NCBI RefSeq assembly: GCF_000829315.1
Contig: NZ_AP013028.1
Span: 1,140,001 to 1,172,000 of the forward strand
DNA from: Wolbachia endosymbiont of Cimex lectularius
GTDB lineage: Bacteria > Pseudomonadota > Alphaproteobacteria > Rickettsiales > Anaplasmataceae
Length of the DNA stretch: 32,000 bases
Direction: 5' to 3'
This document shows positions 17,874 through 27,605 of this stretch, one piece after another. Position 1 is the first letter of the stretch, and each line of letters starts with the position of its first letter. The notes under the pieces are model-generated. The model did not search any database. It was not told where the DNA came from and saw only the letters and a list, made by a program, of their open reading frames with translations. Position numbers and translations under genes: made by a program.

Positions 17874-19262
17874 TTAACATTTACCAATTGGATAATCACC
17901 AGTGAAACAAGCATCACAGTATTGCGGTGCTATGTTATTGCGCTTCTCTTCCTTAACAGCCTGATATAGCCCATCAATACTTAGGAAGGTCAAACTATTC
18001 ACTCCTATACTTGCCTTTATTTCCTCTATGGATTGATTTGCAGCAATTAAATCCTTGCGCTCTGGCGTGTCGATTCCATAAAAGCAAGAGTATTTGATTG
18101 GTGGACTTGAAATTTTTAAGTGAATTTCTCTTACTCCTGCATCTTTTAGCATAACTATTATGCTTCTGAGTGTACTGCCACGTACTATACTGTCATCTAT
18201 TAAAACTATGTTTTTACCCTTTAGAATGTGCTTATTAGCGTTGAATTTTAACTTTATTCTGACTTTACGTACTTCAGCGGTTGGTTGTATAAAAGTTCTT
18301 CCTATATAATGATTACGAATTATTCCCAGTTCCATAGGTAACCCTGAATGCTTTGCATATCCAATGGCTGCAGGTATTCCAGAATCAGGTATTGGTACAA
18401 TCATATCCACATTGTTTTTTGCTGGACTCTCCTCTGCAAGCGTTTTCCCTATTTCTTTTCTCATATCGTATATAGACCTACCTTCCATTATGCTATCTGG
18501 TCTTGAGAAATAAACGTATTCAAAAATACAAAAGCTCGATTTTTGCTGCGCAAAAGGAAATGCTGAAGTTAGGTGGCCATTACGATCAATAGTGACTAAT
18601 TCACTTGGTTCTATTTCTCTAATAAACTCTGCATTTACTATATCAAAAGCACAAGTCTCAGATGCAAGCACGTAAGAGCCGTTTAACTTTCCTAAAGCAA
18701 GGGGTCTGATTCCTGCTGGATCGCGCACTCCGATCACTACTTCTTGGTTAATTGCAACAAAGGAATAAGCGCCTTGTATCTGCTTTAATGAACATATAAA
18801 ACTCTCTAGAAAGCTATCTTTTGTATTGGTTTCTACTAAACGTACTACCACTTCTGTATCGATATCCGATTGAAAAACGCACCCCTGTTTAATTAATTGC
18901 TCGCGTATTGGAAAAATATTAATTAAATTACCATTATGTGCTATAGCAAAATCTCCAAACTTACTGCTTTTGCCAAGCATGGGTTGTGCTCCGACATTAC
19001 TGCCACTTGTTGAGTATCGAACGTGGCCTATTGCATAATCTCCAGGCAAGGATTTCTTTATTGCATCTACGTCATCAAACACACTGCTCACTTGACCTTG
19101 AAAATGGTAAGAATGCAACTTATCGTTATAACTTGTCACTACACCAAAAGACTCCTGACCTCTATGTTGCAAAGCATGAAGACCTAATATGGAGTCAAAA
19201 GCAGCGTCTTTATTGTAGCTTATACCAAATACTCCGCACTCTTCGTGCATTCCATCAAGCAT
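17874..19262 (-). CDS. purF: Amidophosphoribosyltransferase
   Basis: 462 aa; ECGVFGISYN, LQHRGQESFG, VLIDDSIVRGSTLR-type PRPP motif (IVLIDDSIVRGSTL). Confidence 0.96.
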   Translation of the reverse strand: MLDGMHEECGVFGISYNKDAAFDSILGLHALQHRGQESFGVVTSYNDKLHSYHFQGQVSSVFDDVDAIKKSLPGDYAIGHVRYSTSGSNVGAQPMLGKSSKFGDFAIAHNGNLINIFPIREQLIKQGCVFQSDIDTEVVVRLVETNTKDSFLESFICSLKQIQGAYSFVAINQEVVIGVRDPAGIRPLALGKLNGSYVLASETCAFDIVNAEFIREIEPSELVTIDRNGHLTSAFPFAQQKSSFCIFEYVYFSRPDSIMEGRSIYDMRKEIGKTLAEESPAKNNVDMIVPIPDSGIPAAIGYAKHSGLPMELGIIRNHYIGRTFIQPTAEVRKVRIKLKFNANKHILKGKNIVLIDDSIVRGSTLRSIIVMLKDAGVREIHLKISSPPIKYSCFYGIDTPERKDLIAANQSIEEIKASIGVNSLTFLSIDGLYQAVKEEKRNNIAPQYCDACFTGDYPIGKC

Positions 19263-19434
19263 AAAAACTATTTAGTAAAGTTTAATTCTACTTTAGCATA
19301 GGCAAAGCACAAGCATTTTATTTACTAGATGTTAAGAAGAGCTGTAAAACGCAAAAATTTCCTATACTTTCCTTCTTGTACAGTTCCAGGTATGATAAAG
19401 TATGAGACCATCACATTTTGGGACTGTACAACTG

Positions 19435-20121
19435 CTACGTTTTCTTTATTTTGCTTATAGCTTCTACAAGCAATGCAAATATCAATGAAGAATATAAGTA
19501 TTCTTTCGGTAATTCTATGTGAAGTCCTTCAAGGATTAGATATGCACCAACAAATAAAATAAATAGAATGGCGATTGTTTTTAAGCTAGGGCTAGATTTA
19601 ATTAACTGAGCGGTATGGCTTGATAAAAATATCATCGCTAGTATGAAAAACGTGTATGCCATAGCAATTATTATCATGTTGTGAGTTAATGCTATAGCGG
19701 TTAATAAAGAATCGACCGAAAAAATTAAGTCTATTAATATGATTTGCAGTATAACTGAAAACAATTGCGATTTGATATCTATTTTTTTTTCGGTTTGCTT
19801 GTATAAAAAAATGTTATTCCATAGCTCCATAGAGTTTTTAACAATGAGAAATAATCCTCCCGCTATCATAAGTAGATCTTTTACTGAGATGTCGAGCGAT
19901 ATAGCGTGAAATATAGGTTTTTGCATTGACAATATATGCGATGTAAAAAACAGTGTCACAAAACGCATCAATAGCGCTAGTCCAAGACCTATAAGGCGTA
20001 CCCTTTCTTTCAGCGTGGTTGGTACTTTATCTATCGCTAGAGAAATAAAGATTAAATTGTCTACGTTAAGTATAGTTTCAAGTAGTGTAAGTATCAGTAA
20101 AGTCTACGCTTCAGCTAACAT
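19435..20121 (-). pseudogene. TerC-family membrane protein with early amber codon
   Basis: Frame reads MLAEA*TLLILTLLETILNVDNLIFISLAIDKVPTTLKERVRLIGLGLALLMRFVTLFFTSHIL... from ATG 20121-20119, with TAG 20106-20104; ORF track only shows 19435..19971. Confidence 0.75.
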
Positions 20122-20270
20122 TTTCGTTCCCGTTCTAGCTTCTTTACTTTACAATAGATATGTAAAAATTAAGTGACTTCACTTAGGCAGAGCGTGGCTT
20201 TTTATCAAGGAGAGGAATGATGGCCTCTTTGAATAGGTAGAGAGAGTACTATAGCAACGAAATGACGGAA

Positions 20271-21019
20271 TTATACAGGTGATTTTGGCATATCCCCAGG
20301 TGCAACCTGCTTTACTCCCATTTCAGTTTTAGGCTTTGACATCATGTATATGCCAGCACCAACAACAGTACTTGCTATAAGCGCAGATCCTGCAACTAGC
20401 CCAATCATTGTTGGTATAGATAAGGTAGTAGCAAATGTGAGTGCAGTAGCAACTATTGCTGCGACTACAAAACCCACAACAATGCCTTTTACAATCGCAT
20501 TTTTTATAAGGTGCGTTTCTTCTGCTTTCTTGAGAGGTTGTATCTCACTACGATCTGCTCCTTTTTCCAATAGAGTTTTTACTATACTCATATAGCCGTT
20601 TTTGCGGGCAATAAGTAAAGGAGTCAATCCAACATTAGATTTTGCATCAATATTTGCTTTATTTTCAATCAAAATATTTACTATATCTATGTGATTATTG
20701 AGAACAGCAAAATGCAAAGGAGTCCACCCACAAGGTGCTTCATTAACATTTGCTTTCTTCTCAATTAAAGTATTCACTACATTTACACAGTTGTTTGCAA
20801 CAGCAATACTTAAAATGTGTTTTGTGTTGTAGCTCCATATTTATTGGTAATAAGCTCAGCAAAAGGGTAATCAACACTAAAACCCTCCTTTTCCCACTTT
20901 TCGTATGTTTCTTTATCTTTTTGTAGCTTAGTCTTTATTTGCTCGATTACATTACCCGCACTTAAATCTGGAAGAGCGTTTAATTTTTTAAGTATTTCTG
21001 CAAGTTTTCCTTGTGCCAT
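20271..21019 (-). pseudogene. Ankyrin-repeat/TM protein split by a 1-nt frameshift
   Basis: ORFs 20810..21019 and 20271..20777 join as ...NKYGATTQNTF/LSIAVANNCVNVVNTLIEKKANVNEAP if the A4 run at 20812-20815 were 5 nt. Confidence 0.7.
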
Positions 21020-21201
21020 AACTTTCTCCTATCCAGTTCAATTATCGCATATTTTGGCAAAAAAGTCAAGAATTTAGAATTCTCTACCTCTCAATTTGAC
21101 AGAGTTTATCGAACATTTCCTCAGAGCACTGGATATAAATTTATAGGGGTAGGGCCATTATTATCTTTCATTAAAAAATCACTTAAGCTATACTGCAGAT
21201 C

Positions 21202-21726
21202 ATGAACCTTAGGCAAAAAATCAAATTTTTTTCTCTGTCTTTTATAATATTGTTTTTCTTATGGATTGTATTGTCTGGTTATTTTGAGCCGTTTTTTGTT
21301 TTTTGTGGAGTATTTTCCTCTATATTCACGTTGTTTATCTTTAAACGATTGATAGATGCTGAAAGTGCCTTTAGTCAAATCCTAAATGGTACGAGTAGAT
21401 TGTCATTTTGTAAGTTGCTGGTAAGTTATATACCATGGTTAATATACCAAGTCATTCTGTCAAGTATCTATGTAGCAAAAAAAGTGCTACAGACCGAGCT
21501 TAAACTTGAGCCAATCACCATCCTAAAGAAGTGTAAAGGACATAACGACGAAAGCATCACATTGTTTGCAAATTCAGTCGCGATTACTCCTGGCACTTTA
21601 ACTATCAATGTTGTAAGAAAACGGCAAACTTACCTGTCTACCATATATTTGATAGATAAAAGTCTTGAAAGCGGCGTTTCCGAAATAGAGAATAGAGTCT
21701 TGGAAACGCTGCGTTCAATCAGGTAA
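21202..21726 (+). CDS. mnhE: Na+/H+ antiporter subunit E-like protein (MnhE/MrpE)
   Basis: 174 aa; FFLWIVLSGYFEPFFVFCGVFSS, SITLFANSVAITPGTLTINV is the family signature region. Confidence 0.85.
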   Translation: MNLRQKIKFFSLSFIILFFLWIVLSGYFEPFFVFCGVFSSIFTLFIFKRLIDAESAFSQILNGTSRLSFCKLLVSYIPWLIYQVILSSIYVAKKVLQTELKLEPITILKKCKGHNDESITLFANSVAITPGTLTINVVRKRQTYLSTIYLIDKSLESGVSEIENRVLETLRSIR

Positions 21727-22135
21727 TTGCCTTAAATAAGTTAACAGCATCCTTATATTCTCTTACTAGGCTTTCAAGCATTTCTTTTGGAAGGCTATTG
21801 CCAACAACAGAGCATAAATAATTGTATAAATCTTCTAACTTTGATATGTTGTTTTTCTTCTTACTGTTGAGCTTATGTGGAAAAATATCTTCCATAATTT
21901 CAATAGCAGCAGCCTTATTTAAAAACACATTTTCACTTGTCACACTTATTCTTGCCAGGATGGTGTTGATTTCAGGTTCATCACTCGCATAAAAATCTGA
22001 CAGCCGAGCCATTTTAATGACGTATAGATTTACTATTTTTGACAGGCAATTATCAGCATATTCACAATTTTTTATTACTTCCCACTGAGTAACCTGAGAT
22101 TTACTTATTTTTGCATTGTGTGGTAATTTGCTCAT
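21719..22135 (-). CDS. Hypothetical protein
   Basis: 138 aa ORF convergent with mnhE; no recognised domain. Confidence 0.55.
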   Translation of the reverse strand: MSKLPHNAKISKSQVTQWEVIKNCEYADNCLSKIVNLYVIKMARLSDFYASDEPEINTILARISVTSENVFLNKAAAIEIMEDIFPHKLNSKKKNNISKLEDLYNYLCSVVGNSLPKEMLESLVREYKDAVNLFKAIT

Positions 22136-22410
22136 TCAATTTTCTCCGTTTAATCCAGTGAATAGATTATATTAATACTTTGTTAAATAAATAATAACGC
22201 GATTACAAAAATGTATGCTTATATTAATATACTAGCCCAGGTGCTTCAACATCAGAGCTAATTTTAGCTGAATGCTGTCTAGCAAAACCTAAAATTAGAA
22301 GGCTCACTTATAACGGAGAAAGCTGTACGCACCCTTTTCGCTATAAAATAGGTTTTCCTTTTGAGCTGTTTTGTTAATATTGAATTTCACACTAAATTAA
22401 CTGTGCTACA

Positions 22411-23004
22411 ATGAAAAAAATAAAGCTCGGAATACTCATTTCAGGCAGAGGATCAAACATGCAGTCATTGATAAAAGCATGTCAAGATCGCAGTTTTCCT
22501 GCAGAAGTTGTGTGCGTTATCACAGATAATGGTGAGGCTGCTGGCTTGAAAATAGCAAAGCAAGCAGGAATCTCAGCATTTGTTGTTGAAAGTAAAGCTC
22601 TTGATGCTAATAAAATTCACGAAATACTCGTTCAACATAAGGTTGATTTGGTTTGCCTTGCAGGGTTTATGAGAATTCTAAAAGCTGACTTTCTGAGTAA
22701 ATGGCACGACAAGGTTATAAATATTCATCCCTCTTTACTTCCATCTTTTAAGGGCCTCAATGCTCAAGAGCAAGCTCTAAAAGCAGGCGTAAAAGTTACA
22801 GGTTGTACTGTACATTACGTTACTTCTGAGGTTGATGCTGGAGCCATAATCGCTCAAGCTGCTGTGCCAGTGTTACCAAACGATAACATTCAAAGCCTTT
22901 CAGAACGTATTCTAGCTGAGGAACATAAGTGCTACGTGGAAGCAGTGAGGTTAATAGCAGAAGGATTAACTTTTAGCGTTCCTTCCAACTTCAACAAAAA
23001 ATAA
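22411..23004 (+). CDS. purN: Phosphoribosylglycinamide formyltransferase
   Basis: 197 aa; LISGRGSNMQSLI, FMRIL, NIHPSLLPSFKGLNAQEQAL, GCTVHYV. Confidence 0.95.
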   Translation: MKKIKLGILISGRGSNMQSLIKACQDRSFPAEVVCVITDNGEAAGLKIAKQAGISAFVVESKALDANKIHEILVQHKVDLVCLAGFMRILKADFLSKWHDKVINIHPSLLPSFKGLNAQEQALKAGVKVTGCTVHYVTSEVDAGAIIAQAAVPVLPNDNIQSLSERILAEEHKCYVEAVRLIAEGLTFSVPSNFNKK

Positions 23005-24282
23005 ATTTTCAGGATCTAATAAAGAACTTGCCAATTTGTTTACTTCCTCTAATTTAACGTCATTAATAATGTTCGTATAATTATTTATACGATTAACATC
23101 ACGATCATTTATCTGTATATCATCCAGCAGTATTGCTGTATTTGTATTATTGGATAGAAAAAAGGCAAGGTTATTCACTAAACTGGTTTTTGTATCATTA
23201 AACAATTGTTCGTCAATTCCCTCTTTTTTTACCTTACTCAATACGTCCTTTACTGCTGATATAGCTTTGCTAGCAGTAGAACTATCAGTACTCATAAATC
23301 CCAATATAGCACTTCCATGTTTTTTGGGAATAATGCTTGCACTAATACCATAAGTAATGCCCAGATTTTGTCTCAATTCTTTCATTAGTATTGAATTTAG
23401 CCCCATGCCACCAAGCGCATCAATTAAGACACTAGCGTTATAATAATTGGGGTCTTCATATGCCATACCTTTCTGAGCAAAAATTATGACACTCTGTGGT
23501 ATATCCATAAAAATGTTCTTACTTTCTGCGGGACCAAAATCATTTTTTACAGGTATTTTTTTAACTTTTGATCTTTTTGATGGTAATTTAGATAAATATT
23601 TATCCAGTAGCTTACTAATTTCTTCCTTTGTTGCGCAACCAACAACACTGATAACCATGTTGTCTTTAGCAAAATTGCGCTTTATGTATGTCAAAATATC
23701 ATCTCTAGTAATGCTCATTACAGTATCAAGAGTTCCATATCCACTTTTTGAGTAAGGATGCTTTTTAAACAACAACGTCTCTAGTTCTTTTCCAGCAACA
23801 AAATAAGGATTTTTTTCAAGATTATTAAAAGTAACTTTTGCTTTTTCGAAAACTCTATTCAACCCTTCAGAATCAACTTTAGGACGCATTATAGCGTCAC
23901 TTAGTAACGAAACTGCGTCCTCTAAATTCTCAGACAGAATATTTAATGAAACCCTAAATGCTTCTAAATCGGCAATAAAACCTAAACTAATCCCTTTATC
24001 TTCAAGCTTTTTTGCAAAATCTTTGGCATCATTTTTTCCTGCCCCCTCTTGAATTACAAGAGAAGTAAACCAAGTAAGCCCCTGTTTTTCCGCGTTTTCA
24101 TACGCGTAGCCTGCATCCTTGAATGATATATTCAGTGAAACTTTTGGTAAATCGCAATTTTCAACAAATAAAAACTTAAATCCTTTACGGGTAGTAACCT
24201 CCTCTATATTTAGATTACCGCTTGCTTGTAAGTTAAAGCCTAGACAGAAAAAAAGTATAAATACAAGTTTACTTATCTTCAT
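22966..24282 (-). CDS. M16-family peptidase-like subunit lacking the HxxEH motif
   Basis: Likely start MKISKLVFILFF at 24282; M16 fold sequence, with GLTWFTSLVIQEGAG where the zinc motif would be. Confidence 0.88.
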   Translation of the reverse strand: MKISKLVFILFFCLGFNLQASGNLNIEEVTTRKGFKFLFVENCDLPKVSLNISFKDAGYAYENAEKQGLTWFTSLVIQEGAGKNDAKDFAKKLEDKGISLGFIADLEAFRVSLNILSENLEDAVSLLSDAIMRPKVDSEGLNRVFEKAKVTFNNLEKNPYFVAGKELETLLFKKHPYSKSGYGTLDTVMSITRDDILTYIKRNFAKDNMVISVVGCATKEEISKLLDKYLSKLPSKRSKVKKIPVKNDFGPAESKNIFMDIPQSVIIFAQKGMAYEDPNYYNASVLIDALGGMGLNSILMKELRQNLGITYGISASIIPKKHGSAILGFMSTDSSTASKAISAVKDVLSKVKKEGIDEQLFNDTKTSLVNNLAFFLSNNTNTAILLDDIQINDRDVNRINNYTNIINDVKLEEVNKLASSLLDPENLFFVEVGRNAKS

Positions 24283-25609
24283 TATTACCTCCTTTTGGTA
24301 GCAAACGACCAACTAATTTGTTAGTAGAAAAGATAGTGCGAATTTTGTTATTTACATTCTCTAAATTAACATCATTGATTTTACTATATGAAATATCTAT
24401 CTCATCAAGTGGAATATCAAGTGCTAGATGTGGTATGTAAAACATTGCTATACTAGTTAAGTCAGATAGCTTATCAAACTGTGCTGCTTTGTATTTAGAC
24501 TTTGCACTTTGCAACTCCTCATTCGTTATTCCTTCAAAGATAAAGTTATTAATAGCATTATCTAGCTCTCTTTCAATAACGTTCAACTTCATTCCGCTTT
24601 TTGGAGTTACCTCAATATCAATGTAGCTATCGCTAAAGGCTAAACTGCTATAATAAGTAGATACTGATACTGCCACACTTTTACCCAGAACCAAATCTTT
24701 ATATAGTTTACTAGATTTGCCACCCCCTAACACTTCAACTGCCAAGTTAACAGCAGAGGTTTCATCCATGTTCTTGAATAAAGGAACACGATAACGAAAA
24801 TATAAAACTGGTTCTTTTACTTCAGTGCTTTCTAAAGTTACCGATAGATCTGCATTATGTGCTGGATCCTGATTTGGGTAATGCCTAATTGTAGGCTTAG
24901 CTTTAATTTCCCCATATTTTTCTCTTGCTAGTTCCACTACTTCATCGAATTCCACATCACCAACAATCAGCAGGATTGCGTTGTTTGGATGGTAATAGTT
25001 GTCATGAAACCTTATTATATCATCTTGATTATAAGTTCTAATATCGCTTTCCCAGCCGATAACAGATCTGCCGTAGCCAGTACGGTAAAATGCACTATTC
25101 ATTTCTTCCCATAGCAAATTGTTAAGATTATTATCAAACCTCATCTTCCTTTCTTCTAATACAATATTTTTTTCCCTATCTATTTTGTCTTGAGTAACAT
25201 TAAAATTGCCCATTCTATCTGCTTCAACTTCCATTGCTAGTGGTAAGTCGCCCTTGAGGACTAATTCGTAGTAACAGGTATATTCTCTAGTGGTAAATGC
25301 GTTGAATTGCGCTCCAATGCTACTCATAGTCGATTCTATGTCTTTAAATTTTCCTGTAGTTTCAAATATTAAATGCTCAAAGTAGTGAGCCAATCCTGCT
25401 TTGCCGATTGGATCATCCATTCCCCCAACTTTATATATTACTGCATGTAAAACGGCCGGAATCCGATGATTAGGTACAATATAGATATCTAGCCCATTAC
25501 TGAGTTTAGCGTGCTTTATACTGTGTTCTATATTTACAGCTTTCAGAGAGATTGGATAAGTAAAAAACAATAAAGGTAATATAAAGAAACTAAAAAACCT
25601 GTGGAGCAT
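24269..25609 (-). CDS. M16-family zinc peptidase (insulinase/MPP-like)
   Basis: 446 aa; signal-like N-terminus, AHYFEHLIFE (HxxEH). Confidence 0.93.
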   Translation of the reverse strand: MLHRFFSFFILPLLFFTYPISLKAVNIEHSIKHAKLSNGLDIYIVPNHRIPAVLHAVIYKVGGMDDPIGKAGLAHYFEHLIFETTGKFKDIESTMSSIGAQFNAFTTREYTCYYELVLKGDLPLAMEVEADRMGNFNVTQDKIDREKNIVLEERKMRFDNNLNNLLWEEMNSAFYRTGYGRSVIGWESDIRTYNQDDIIRFHDNYYHPNNAILLIVGDVEFDEVVELAREKYGEIKAKPTIRHYPNQDPAHNADLSVTLESTEVKEPVLYFRYRVPLFKNMDETSAVNLAVEVLGGGKSSKLYKDLVLGKSVAVSVSTYYSSLAFSDSYIDIEVTPKSGMKLNVIERELDNAINNFIFEGITNEELQSAKSKYKAAQFDKLSDLTSIAMFYIPHLALDIPLDEIDISYSKINDVNLENVNNKIRTIFSTNKLVGRLLPKGGNNEDK

Positions 25610-25647
25610 TGTCCTAACCTAATACAATTGAATTCGAAACAACAATT

Positions 25648-26124
25648 TTATTCCTCATTTTGTTTAGAAATGAGTTTGTCATATATGTACCACTTATACA
25701 GCAATACAAACATCCCGCAAGCTATATATATATCTGCTAGATTGAAAGCTGGCCAGTACCAACTGCCAATATGAAAATATATGAAATCATATACAGCTCC
25801 CCAGTAGATCCTGTCAACTACATTACCGATTGCTCCACCAATCATCAGAGAAAAACCAAAACAAGTTAATTTATCGCTAGATTTGTATATCAAGTATGCG
25901 AATATGCTAATTATTAGTGTTGAAAATGTTGAAAAAAAGAGATCACTATATGGTAAAGTGCTAAACATTCCAAAACTAATCCCCGAATTCCATACTTCAA
26001 CTAGCTTTATAAAGCTAGCAACTTCGATTGACTCTCCTTCATCAATTAATGAGTTTATGTACAATTTGCTCATCTGATCAGTTAATACTATAACTAGTAT
26101 AACAATTAAGCATAGTTTTTTCAT
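25648..26124 (-). CDS. lspA: Lipoprotein signal peptidase
   Basis: 158 aa; VLTDQMSKLYI, GGAIGNVVDRIYWGAVYDFIYFH, FNLADIYI. Confidence 0.95.
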   Translation of the reverse strand: MKKLCLIVILVIVLTDQMSKLYINSLIDEGESIEVASFIKLVEVWNSGISFGMFSTLPYSDLFFSTFSTLIISIFAYLIYKSSDKLTCFGFSLMIGGAIGNVVDRIYWGAVYDFIYFHIGSWYWPAFNLADIYIACGMFVLLYKWYIYDKLISKQNEE

Positions 26125-27053
26125 AAATTTGTCCTCAACTGATAAGCCTCAAGTATATCATAATTTATCTGTTTTGTTAATTCGTCAATACTATGGAATC
26201 TTTTTTCTGACCTTATAAATTTTAAAAGTTGTATATTAACCTTATAGTCGTATACATCTTTATTAAAATCGAATATGTGCATTTCTACTATAGGCTTTTT
26301 CAAATCCTTAAAAGTAGGTCTCATACCAATGTTGACTACTCCGTATAGCCAATTTGGATTATTGTCAGAAAATGCTGCCTTAGCATAATATGTACCAAAC
26401 TTGGGTTTTATTATGCAGTTTTCTATCGGAATGTTTATAGTTGGAAATCCTATTTCTCTACCTCTACATGCGCCTTTTATTACAATACCAGAGACTTGAT
26501 AAGGTCTGCCGAGCAATTTATTAGCAATCTCTATTTCGCCCTTCTGTAAATACTCTCTGATTGAAGAAGAAGAGCAAATCTCTCCATCGATTATCAATGG
26601 TTCTAATTCAGTTAAAGAATATCCATACGTTTCGGAATATTTCCTTAGGGTCGATGTATTGCCCAATCGTTTGTGACCAAAAGTACAACTTTCTCCAACG
26701 ACTATGTGTTTAGCGCTATATTTGCCTATCAAGATCTTACTAATGAAGTCATTGCAGCTGATTTGAGAAAAACCTTCATTGAAATTGATAATATATAAGT
26801 GATCTATACCATAGCTGCTAATCAGTTCCTTTTTTCGTTCTTGGTTTATCAATCTAAAGTTGTTTCTGCCAAATAAGACTGTTGATGGGTGGGGCTCAAA
26901 AGTTAAAATTGCAAAGGGTAATCCTCTTTCTTGCGCTACTTTCTTTAGAGTAGAAATCGCAAGTTCATGCCCTAAATGAACGCCATCAAAATTTCCAAAG
27001 GTTAATGCTACGTTATTTTTTATCTCCTGCTCACAATTATAAATAATTTTCAT
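26121..27053 (-). CDS. ribF: Bifunctional riboflavin kinase / FAD synthetase
   Basis: 310 aa; LTFGNFDGVHLGH, SSSIREYLQKGEIEIANKLLGRPY, GREIGFPTINI. Confidence 0.95.
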   Translation of the reverse strand: MKIIYNCEQEIKNNVALTFGNFDGVHLGHELAISTLKKVAQERGLPFAILTFEPHPSTVLFGRNNFRLINQERKKELISSYGIDHLYIINFNEGFSQISCNDFISKILIGKYSAKHIVVGESCTFGHKRLGNTSTLRKYSETYGYSLTELEPLIIDGEICSSSSIREYLQKGEIEIANKLLGRPYQVSGIVIKGACRGREIGFPTINIPIENCIIKPKFGTYYAKAAFSDNNPNWLYGVVNIGMRPTFKDLKKPIVEMHIFDFNKDVYDYKVNIQLLKFIRSEKRFHSIDELTKQINYDILEAYQLRTNL

Positions 27054-27120
27054 ACAATTTGATATCTTATATATATTTCTATATATAATAATTATATTTT
27101 ATAAACTACGGAGATAAATC

Positions 27121-27489
27121 ATGAAAAATATTAAAGGAAAGGTTATAGTATATGTAAAGCAGTACTGTCCTTTCTGTAAGAGAGCAAAGGAGTTGCTGGA
27201 TGGAAAAGGTGTGGAATATGAAGAAATTGATGTGCTTAAAAGCCCGGATTTGTTTAATGACATAAAGTCAAAATATAACGTTAGAACAGTTCCGCAAATT
27301 TTTATTACTGATGAAAATGGCAATTATATACATCATATTGCTGGATGTGACAAATTGATGGACCTTGAAAGAGAAGGGAAGTTAGATGATATATTAAGTA
27401 GCAATTATGATAAAACTGATGTAACAACTTACCCGAGCAACAATGATGAATATGAAGAATGTGTAGCATCACATGATGATTTTATTTGA
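27121..27489 (+). CDS. grxC: Glutaredoxin with acidic C-terminal extension
   Basis: 122 aa; YCPFCKRAKELL, TVPQIFI, GCDKLMDLEREGKL. Confidence 0.92.
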   Translation: MKNIKGKVIVYVKQYCPFCKRAKELLDGKGVEYEEIDVLKSPDLFNDIKSKYNVRTVPQIFITDENGNYIHHIAGCDKLMDLEREGKLDDILSSNYDKTDVTTYPSNNDEYEECVASHDDFI

Positions 27490-27605
27490 TTTTCCTTACT
27501 TTTACTGTCATGTAATGCACGAATGAAGGGCTGGTATGCTCATTTTAAACAAATTTTAATGGATTAAAAATACAATTCATTTAGTTAGTTTTTTAGTGAG
27601 CGAAA

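Noticed and set aside
27099-27323. 74-aa - strand ORF over the glutaredoxin gene
   Set aside because: Antisense to a clear grxC. No independent evidence.
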